Below are positions 1 to 6,578 of a stretch of 64,000 nt of DNA, piece by piece. The stretch is from the NCBI GenBank assembly GCA_965198115.1, contig OZ240241.1, positions 5,952,001 through 6,016,000 on the forward strand. Direction: 5' to 3'. Below the pieces are notes generated by a model. That model ran no database searches. It was not told where the DNA came from and saw nothing but the letters and a program-made list of their open reading frames with translations. The DNA comes from Candidatus Latescibacterota bacterium. Lineage in GTDB: Bacteria; Latescibacterota; UBA2968. Positions within the stretch are counted from its first letter, which is position 1. Each line of letters begins with the position of its first letter. The position numbers were made by a program, and so were the translations under genes.

Positions 1-188
1 TCTTCCCTTGCGAACCCTTCCTGCTCATCCCGAATCAATACCACCCCGTATTCCCGGAACCGTTCCGGCTTCGAGATGAGCAGGGTCTCTCCGTCCTCAA
101 GCGCATGCTCCCGCCTGCAGCCCTTCACGAGGCTTCGAATCACCGTCCTCTCCGCTTCTTCGCGCAAGTCAATGTAGCTCGTCGTCAT
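1..188 (-). CDS. Hypothetical protein, 5' part only (runs off the window start)
   Basis: Open frame read by hand from ATG at 188: MTTSYIDLREEAERTVIRSLVKGCRREHALEDGETLLISKPERFREYG...; no stop before base 1. Confidence 0.5.
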   Translation of the reverse strand, partial: MTTSYIDLREEAERTVIRSLVKGCRREHALEDGETLLISKPERFREYGVVLIRDEQEGFARE

Positions 189-543
189 GACTCGTCGACA
201 CATCGCCCGTCGCGTGAACCTGAGCGCATTCGGGATGCTTCAGCGCCAATTCTGTGCTGTGCAGGAACACACTGGCGACCTCAGGCCGCCCCACCCGTCA
301 GCGTCTGCCTTAGCCCCTGTGCGATAATCCGATCTTCCCCGTCGTTGAGCGTGTGTGCTCAGCCTGCGATTCCCCACCGAGCGGACGTGAGGCGGCTGGA
401 AGAGCAAATCTCGGCCGGGCATTGACCCACCATGCCGCCTTTCCTATATTAACAGTCCCCACTCGACAGGCTGTGCTAAGTCTTTATTCTTCACATAGAT
501 CGAAGGAACTCGGCCCTCTCCCCGCCAACAAGAGGGGTGTTCC

Positions 544-720
544 GTGGACAACACGGCTGAATTCGAGGATCTTGTTCAGAAACTCGACACGTTCGAACAG
601 GAGGCCAAGAGTCTCCAGGAAAAAATCGCCCGCCTGATGCACGATGCACGGGAAGTTTCGGGTGTCCCTTCCGGACCGGACGGGGCCGCCGAAGGCTTCT
701 CCGAGGGAGGCGAGTCCTGA
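544..720 (+). CDS. Small acidic coiled-coil protein (58 aa), not in the ORF track
   Basis: GTG start after AGAGGGG; MDNTAEFEDLVQKLDTFEQEAKSLQEKIARLMHDARE...; host-like codon use. Confidence 0.55.
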   Translation: MDNTAEFEDLVQKLDTFEQEAKSLQEKIARLMHDAREVSGVPSGPDGAAEGFSEGGES

Positions 721-790
721 TCCGACCGAGATCGCTCCGACGATGGTTCCGGGCAGGTGGACGCGACGCGTTCGCCTGCCTTTCTTCTAC

Positions 791-997
791 GTGCTGACCA
801 CGCTGCTCATCGCGCTGGCCCTCGTCGCCGTGCTCGTTTACCGGTTCGCCGGCCCGCGTGCGGAGCGATGTCCGGAATGTCAACGCAAGCGAGAGGACGA
901 TCACCCCATCTGCCCCTGCGGGTGGGTTTACGAGTATCCAGAAACCGACCAGCCGCTCGAGTATGGCTCCTCTTCATCAGAGGAGGTCGACCCGTGA
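791..997 (+). CDS. Small membrane-anchored zinc-ribbon protein
   Basis: N-terminal hydrophobic helix followed by CPEC...CPCG; GTG start inferred within ORF 644..997. Confidence 0.55.
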   Translation: MLTTLLIALALVAVLVYRFAGPRAERCPECQRKREDDHPICPCGWVYEYPETDQPLEYGSSSSEEVDP

Positions 998-1375
998 AAA
1001 TGACCCTTCTCCTGTGTGCGTCGTTGCTGGCTTCGCCCCTTGCGGCGGAAACCGATCCCGAGACGGGTCGGTTTTCCTACGCCGTCAACAACCCGTTCGT
1101 CGACGACACCCTCGCTCGCATCGCACTCATTCCCTTACACACCGCCCGAGGGAACAGCGGAACCACCCCCGTGGAAAGAACCGAACTGGTAGGGCATGGT
1201 ATAGCCTTGCTCCGTCACCGACCCGTTTGGAGCACCCGACCCTGGTCGCTATGGTCGGATCAGCCCCGTGACCAACCGAAACACCCGCACTGGAAAATTG
1301 CCGGTTTTACTAATCGCCTTTGCCGTTCTAGTCGGGATACGGTTGGTCTTGTTCTTCCGATTGATGCCGCGCCGC
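994..1375 (+). CDS. Hypothetical exported protein, probably frameshifted and cut off at the island edge
   Basis: GAGGAGG RBS, GTG start and signal peptide MKMTLLLCASLLASPLAA; a TM-like segment (LLIAFAVLVGIRLVLFF) lies in another frame just before the IstB junction. Confidence 0.4.
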
Positions 1376-1870
1376 ATGCTCGACGGTCTCAAGACGCTTC
1401 GGTTGGCCACGATCCGCGAGTGGTACCGCGAGCAGGCTGACCTCGCCAGGAAAGAAGCCCTGCCCTACGAAGGCTACCTGCTCGAACTGATCAACCGGGA
1501 GTGCGAGACACGCGCCCACAATCGGATCCAGCGGCTGCTCCGGGAGTCTCGTCTCCCCCTGGAAAAGAACCTGGACACGTTCGACCGGACTCGGCTGCCC
1601 ACAAAGGTGGACGGCCTGGTCGCCACGCTCCTGCAGGGCGACTTTCTCGATCGCTCCGAGAACGTACTGGCCTTCGGCAACCCCGGGTCCGGAAAGACCC
1701 ACCTCCTGTGTGCTATCGGCCAGCACCTGATCCTGGAAGGACACCGGGTCCTGTTCACGCCCTGCAATATCCTGGTCCAGCAACTCCTTCTCGCCAAGCG
1801 GGATCTGGATCTCCCGCGGCTCCTCAAACGCTTCGACCGTTTTGACGGCCTGATCGGGAAGAATGGTTGA
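1376..1870 (+). pseudogene. istB: IS21-family helper ATPase IstB, truncated at both ends
   Basis: LRLATIRE...SRLPLEKNLDTFD...GNPGSGKTHL (Walker A); breaks off just before Walker B; no istA in the window. Confidence 0.85.
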
Positions 1871-2108
1871 CGCCGGACAGCTGTATGGTGAACTTCGTCA
1901 GCATTTGGGTGAAGTCCTAAGGGAATTGGCTCGTCAGCGTGAAAGCCGCGTAGAGGAGGGCCACCTCCTTGCAGATCACGTGCATATGCTGGTGTCGATT
2001 CCGCCGAAATGCGCTGTGTCTCAGGTCGTTGGGTATATCAAGGGCAAGAGCGCGATCCACGTCGCTCGCAGTTACCTGGGACGAAGGTCGGGTAGTGGTT
2101 CACTTTGA

Positions 2109-2981
2109 CTAACTGCGATCCTCACGGTTAATCCGCCCGCCTTTCATCAGCTTCCGTTCCTCATCTTCCAGCAGCTTCACTAAATCCTCGACGGCCCAGA
2201 CCCGATCCATCAGGCCAGCGGCCATTGCGGGCGTCCTTCTCTTCAGCGTCTTGTGCTTCCGGCAGAAGTTGTAGTAGAACATATGCAGGGCAATAGCGTG
2301 CACGTGGTTGATCCACTTTTTTGAGAAGCCATTGGTCAAGCGCGTGAACCGCCGATTTCCCATCCTCATCGTCAAATTCGACCGCTCGATATAGGACGTG
2401 GAGATATGGGCGGGATCTGGGTTGCCGACCACAGGCCGAACGTCGATACCGATGCACTTAGCTGGGCTGTAAGTCCTGTCCGCGTCGGGATCGGTCCCGT
2501 ACTGCTTCACGAGCTGGGCAAAGTCACAGGCCCCACCAAAAGCCTGCTCAATGGCCTCCGGATAGAAACTCAGGCCGTCAGATGTAATTTGGGGCCGATT
2601 CAAGAGACGACCGGCAACGTCGCCCACGAAGAGGTTGGCGTAGTTTGCGGTCCGCAAACCTACCTGATAAGCAATCATCAGTTTGGTATCTGAACACAGA
2701 GCCGTCCACGTCCAGCAATCTCCGTCACCCTGGGCGCCCTTCTTGCGATTCCCTTCCTTGCATCCAACGAAAGACCAAATCTCATCCATTTCAATCCGCG
2801 TGCAGGGAAGGTCACGGACTCTCCAGTCGTGGAAATCACGGCACAAGCTGCCGACATCGGCCAGCAACCGCAGGACCGTCAGCTTAGCAGCTCCGGTCAT
2901 ACGGCACGTAGACGCAATCGAACAACCTTCTACGAGGGCTGAGATGACCGCCATCCGCTTCTCCGTGCTGAGCTTTCGCAT
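2109..2981 (-). CDS. IS1-family-like single-ORF DDE transposase (290 aa)
   Basis: N-terminal HTH (LVEGCSIASTCRMTG); DDE residues in EMDEIWSF, ITSDG, STSYIERSN; RRFTRLTNGFSKK, YYNFCR and TPAMAAG motifs; stop codon abuts the IR. Confidence 0.9.
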   Translation of the reverse strand: MRKLSTEKRMAVISALVEGCSIASTCRMTGAAKLTVLRLLADVGSLCRDFHDWRVRDLPCTRIEMDEIWSFVGCKEGNRKKGAQGDGDCWTWTALCSDTKLMIAYQVGLRTANYANLFVGDVAGRLLNRPQITSDGLSFYPEAIEQAFGGACDFAQLVKQYGTDPDADRTYSPAKCIGIDVRPVVGNPDPAHISTSYIERSNLTMRMGNRRFTRLTNGFSKKWINHVHAIALHMFYYNFCRKHKTLKRRTPAMAAGLMDRVWAVEDLVKLLEDEERKLMKGGRINREDRS

Positions 2982-3009
2982 TGACCTAGCCCTCTTATCA
3001 AGTTATCTT
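2981..3009 (+). promoter_or_regulatory. Putative sigma70 promoter firing antisense to the tRNA
   Basis: TTGACC (2981-2986), 17-nt spacer, TATCTT (3004-3009). Confidence 0.4.
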
Positions 3010-3045
3010 TCAGCGTCAAGTTGGAAATGGTGATAGTGGTTTTAT

Positions 3046-3121
3046 TGGTGGAGATAGGGGGACTCGAACCCCCAACCCCCCGGGTATAAGCCAGGTGCTC
3101 TACCGATTGAGCTATATCCCC
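3046..3121 (-). tRNA. tRNA with UAU (Ile) anticodon on a tRNA-Ala-type body (G3:U70, A73), encoded CCA, 76 nt
   Basis: GGGGATA TA GCTC AATCGGTA GAGC A CCTGG CT-TAT-AC CCGGG GGGTT GGGGG TTCGAGT CCCCC TATCTCC A CCA; all four stems pair. Confidence 0.93.
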
Positions 3122-3138
3122 ACCATTTTCATGTCTTA

Positions 3139-3180
3139 CCCCTTCAGCTGTTTGCGCAGCTGAAGGGGTCTTTTTTGTTT
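3139..3180 (+). terminator. Intrinsic terminator hairpin with its T-tract on the + strand
   Basis: CCCCTTCAGCTG-tttgcg-CAGCTGAAGGGG followed by TCTTTTTTGTTT. Confidence 0.75.
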
Positions 3181-3190
3181 CCCCTGGCTC

Positions 3191-3874
3191 TCACTGCTCC
3201 TGCCCATCGTCTTCATCTACGTCGTCAATATCTCCTGTAGCGACATCATCGCCCAGGTTGCGCTGGAAAACAATGAACGCATCAAACCACTTGTCCTGTC
3301 GTTCAGTAGGCCACTCTGGATCGAAATCCGGGAATTTTGCCATCAACATCTGCTGCATAGTCTGTGGCTGAGGTGAAGATGAGGTCTTGCGCTTCGCCTT
3401 CACCGAAGTGGATTTCAACCGCGCGCGGCGCGTTTGAATACGTGGACTGACGGTGATACCCGCAGCCTTGCATCCGCGCCGAAAGAATCTCGTCCCTTTC
3501 TGTAGAGTGCTCCCCTCCAAGCCTTGTTCCCGGAATGCGTCCTCCAGCTGTTTTGTGGTCGCCTTCTCCAGATCAAAGTCGTCGTTGAAGATGAACGAAA
3601 ACCGTTTGCGGAAAACACGCTCCAGAATAGGAGGCGAAGTAGATTCGTCTGCCCCCGCAAGCTCCCGTAATTCTTCTGTGGGGTCTCCATCCTCAGTGAT
3701 TAACCCGAGGAAACACAACGTCCCCAAGATCTGCCCTTGCGTGCCTCCGGACTGACTTGGGAACAAGCTCTTGTCGATGCGTGCCGGAATGCCCTGTTGG
3801 AAATCTGAGACAACCCTCTCGAAAGTGCGGTACGCCAGATACGGTGGTTTTGGATCGAAGTCGGGTTGTGCCAT
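3191..3874 (-). CDS. DUF5343-like hypothetical protein (227 aa), transposon passenger
   Basis: AAGGAG RBS; PPYLAYRTF...PARIDKS...SGGTQGQILGTLCFLGLI...GDPT; C-terminal AKFPDFDPEWP...KWFDAF; family assignment from memory. Confidence 0.7.
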   Translation of the reverse strand: MAQPDFDPKPPYLAYRTFERVVSDFQQGIPARIDKSLFPSQSGGTQGQILGTLCFLGLITEDGDPTEELRELAGADESTSPPILERVFRKRFSFIFNDDFDLEKATTKQLEDAFREQGLEGSTLQKGTRFFRRGCKAAGITVSPRIQTRRARLKSTSVKAKRKTSSSPQPQTMQQMLMAKFPDFDPEWPTERQDKWFDAFIVFQRNLGDDVATGDIDDVDEDDGQEQ

Positions 3875-3901
3875 AGCGCTCTCCTTTCTTTGTGTGCTAT
3901 A

Positions 3902-3930
3902 AATGTAGTTATGCCATGTGCCGTTGTCAA
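3902..3930 (-). promoter_or_regulatory. Sigma70 promoter for the DUF5343-like gene (and probably the tRNA)
   Basis: TTGACA (3930-3925), 17-nt spacer, TACATT (3907-3902). Confidence 0.65.
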
Positions 3931-4013
3931 TGCCAAAACTGGACTTTTTCTAATTTTTCGTTGCGGCACAGGCGGCATAGACGCACAGTACATTAGTTAA
4001 AAGGAGGTGCCAC

Positions 4014-4260
4014 ATGCGGCGGACACGTTGTTGTAGTTAAGTTGTTTACAGGACCATTAGTTCGGCGTGTTTGGGATGTAACGGACGGTGTCGTCTTCGC
4101 TGTGCACGATGACAGGTTTGCCGAATTGGAGCAAGGCAAGGGAAAAGCGCCGCTCTTTGGGTTCCCGCTTGCAGACGTGTACGAGATGAGCGAAAGCGAG
4201 GTCCCCCCAAATCCTGATTGGTTGCAGATGCACCATTGGCGACCAACAGTGGGATCGTAG
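4014..4260 (+). CDS. Small hypothetical passenger protein, likely frameshifted just after the ATG
   Basis: Strong AAGGAGGT RBS before ATG 4014, which is out of frame with GHVVVVKLFTGPLVRRVWDV...GFPLADVYE; hairpin follows at 4290-4319. Confidence 0.5.
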
Positions 4261-4333
4261 GGGGAGGTGCAACGCTGACCAGCATAGAAAAGCCCCCTGC
4301 CTGTGTAGGCAGAGGGCTTGATTTTTGACACGC

Positions 4334-4474
4334 TCACTGGCTGTCTTTGTCGTCCTTGGGTTCAGTAGCCTTATCTACAAGCCACTTCGCCAGCTGGTTT
4401 GGGTCCTTCGGTCTCGGGCCGCGTCCATCCTTTTCCTTGTCGTTCTTCGCCTGTTTCTTCGGTTCGTTTTCCAT
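4334..4474 (-). CDS. Small Lys-rich charged peptide (46 aa) next to the left IR, not in the ORF track
   Basis: MENEPKKQAKNDKEKDGRGPRPKDPNQLAKWLVDKATEPKDDKDSQ; RPxDPNQLAK recalls small ORFs seen with this transposase group. Confidence 0.6.
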   Translation of the reverse strand: MENEPKKQAKNDKEKDGRGPRPKDPNQLAKWLVDKATEPKDDKDSQ

Positions 4475-4784
4475 ACCCGAAATCTACGTCATCAGCGAAA
4501 TCGGTTCAAGCACTCAGCGTGTCGAACTATCTTTCAAAGTGAACCACTACCGAAGGTCGAACTTCGTTGGGCAGAGTTTCTGGGCAAGAGGCTACGGGTC
4601 TCCACCGTAGGCAAGGATGAACATTCAGTTCGGGAATACATCCGAAACCAAGAACAAGAAGACCGACGCGTTGATCAGCTCAATCTGCTCAGATAGTTGC
4701 CACCTTTAGGTGGCGCGAGGTTTTAAACCGCTTTGAGCGGTTCACAGGCATTCAAGCCTCCGGCTTTGCCGGAGGTAATGACTT

Positions 4785-4922
4785 CACGTGGTCCCACAGA
4801 GCAAAGGCAGCTCCGACCATCTCGACAACTTGCAACTGCTGTGCGGAGCCTGCAATTTCACCAAGGGAACTGGAACGCAAGCCGAGTTGATCGCGAGACT
4901 CCAAGCACAGAGCTACGTTTAG
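4785..4922 (+). pseudogene. C-terminal HNH endonuclease remnant, cut by the IS200 element
   Basis: HVVPQSKGSSDHLDNLQLLCGACNFTKG begins directly after the IS200 right end. Confidence 0.75.
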
Positions 4923-4940
4923 AAGGAGGGAAGATCAGCC

Positions 4941-5528
4941 ATGGAAGTCCTGCTGGAAATCCTGAACGAATATGCCGCGGTCATACAAGCATTGGCGTCC
5001 ATCGGTTTAATTACTGTCACCTTAGCATTATGGTGGGCGACTATAAAGATGGCGCGGTCAACGCAGCTACTTGTACACGAGAGTCGCATGCTCCGAGAGG
5101 ATACAAAGAGACCTCAGATTTCGGCGAAACTCAGGCCGATGGCCGAACACGGAGACTTTATTCAACTCGTTTTAAATAACATGGGTCGGGGGGCGGCGTT
5201 GAATGTAAGATTCCAGCTAGAAGGGGATGAAGAGGACTTTGCAAATCACGAGATGACACTTAGAGGAACCTCGGCGCCCATCAGCTTTATGTCGCAAGGG
5301 GAGTCAGACATTTATGAATTGGGTGTGGGACGTACTCTTTTTGCCGACTCTCCAATGAAGCCTTTTACAGTTGTGATTAACTATGAGGATGTGGACGGCA
5401 AGTCGCATGAGAAGCGTATCGAGCTCGATGTGAAACAATTCGATGGCTTAGAGTGGTCGGGGGCGTCCGTGGCGTGGCGTCAGATGAAGGCGTTGGAACG
5501 AGTTGCGAAGCATTTTAAGAGCAGTTGA
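4941..5528 (+). CDS. Hypothetical membrane-anchored protein (195 aa)
   Basis: AGGAGG RBS; N-terminal TM helix followed by a beta-rich domain (LNNMGRGAALNVRF). Confidence 0.75.
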   Translation: MEVLLEILNEYAAVIQALASIGLITVTLALWWATIKMARSTQLLVHESRMLREDTKRPQISAKLRPMAEHGDFIQLVLNNMGRGAALNVRFQLEGDEEDFANHEMTLRGTSAPISFMSQGESDIYELGVGRTLFADSPMKPFTVVINYEDVDGKSHEKRIELDVKQFDGLEWSGASVAWRQMKALERVAKHFKSS

Positions 5529-5589
5529 AGGCTCCGTTGGAAGCGCCTTCCTTATGGGGTTTTGTCTGAGGCGCATGGGAGAATAAGCC

Positions 5590-5912
5590 ATGTCTCGTCA
5601 ACGAGACAGATTGATTCCCATCGGTGCCGCCTCGCCCCAGGCGCGTCACCACTTCACCCGCTTCGATCAGGTGAATCAGCTTGTCGGGGCCAGCGAAGCG
5701 GACCCCGATCTGGGCTTCATGGCGCGGGTGATGGCTGTGCAGCCTGCCTCGCACCAACTCCGGCGAGCGGCTCCAGTACAAACGCGTCAACGGACCGTAC
5801 AAGCTCATCATGACCGCGACGGGTGAGTACAAGCTGCCCTTCGGGAATCTTGCTGTTGGCCTGGGTGTGCACGGAGGCCGTGCGCGCTCAAAGCCGCGAG
5901 TTAGTCCTAGGG
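5590..5912 (+). pseudogene. repA: Plasmid-type replication protein RepA remnant, copy 1
   Basis: HHFTRFDQVNQLVGASEADPDLGFMAR...YKRVNGPYKL...KLPFGN...LLAWVCTEAVR...SRELVLG across several frames. Confidence 0.7.
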
Positions 5913-6163
5913 TCTTGCCACGGGCGTGCTGAGCCTCTCGCCCTCGAAGTCCGCCATCGCCCCCACGCGCCTTCAGCTCGTGGAATAAATTTCTGGGGGA
6001 AGAGAAAAGATGAAGAGGAAGACATCCTTCGCGAAAGGCGATTGAGATTGCAGGCGCCATTCCCCTGACGCGGAAGCCCCAAGAAGCTACGATCGTACCA
6101 AGGATGCGGGCATTAGTAAGCATAATGGCACTATCAATTACTGTCTTAACAGCCGTGTGTCTT

Positions 6164-6578
6164 GCGCCCTGCGCCATGGACGTGAGTGATCTTTCCACAC
6201 ATACGGACCTGATGAGCCTTTCAGGGTACAAGATGTACGGTCCACAAGGGATCGGGGCATTGTATATTCGCCGTGATCTCAAAGAGTCGATGGAGCCACT
6301 GTTCTACGGAGGTGGGCAGCAGGAAGGCCTGCGTTCCGGGACCGTTCCAATGCCCCTCTGCGTCGGAATGGCCAAGGCCGCAGAAATCGTTGGTGGAGAC
6401 GACGGGAAAAAGGAGCGCACACGGGTCGCTCGACAGCGCGATACATTCATTAGCCTAATCCAAGGCGGGAATTCGTCGGTCACTGTCAATGGACCGATTG
6501 GCCAGCGGCGTCATCCGGGCAACGCCAACATTTGTTTTCACGGATTCGATGCGCGAGACATCCTCGGCGTCCTTCGGT
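6164..6578 (+). pseudogene. Cysteine desulfurase (IscS/DndA-like) internal fragment
   Basis: DLMSLSGYKMYGPQGIGALY, GGGQQEGLRSGT; lacks the N-terminus and the catalytic Cys loop. Confidence 0.8.

Larger units (their letters stand above)
2091..4551 (-). mobile_element. IS1-like cargo transposon with perfect 18-bp terminal IRs and an 8-bp target duplication
   Basis: GGTAGTGGTTCACTTTGA (2091-2108) and TCAAAGTGAACCACTACC (4534-4551); GAAGGTCG duplicated at 2083-2090 and 4552-4559; removing the element restores the IS200 tnpA frame. Confidence 0.95.
1863..4783 (+). mobile_element. tnpA: IS200/IS605-family (Y1) tnpA element, 5'-truncated and split by an insertion at 2091-4551
   Basis: HUH motif DHVHMLVSIPPK and IKGKSA before 2090; continues after 4559 as NFVGQSFWARGY / VSTVG...VREYIRNQE (1-nt frameshift); right-end hairpins at 4698-4776. 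Confidence 0.9.

Noticed and set aside
3046-3121. The tRNA as the far attachment site (duplicated ssrA 3' end) of the island
   Set aside because: It shares only TGGTGGAG and the T-loop with ssrA, as expected for Ala-type ends. It is a complete tRNA inside a separate transposon.
3046-3121. Ordinary tRNA-Ile(UAU) or pseudo-tRNA
   Set aside because: All stems pair and CCA is present. The acceptor stem has Ala, not Ile, determinants. This is not formally excluded without a charging assay.
4697-4783. TnpB/IscB guide (omega) RNA at the IS200 end
   Set aside because: No tnpB or iscB gene. The hairpins are explained as the usual IS200 right end.
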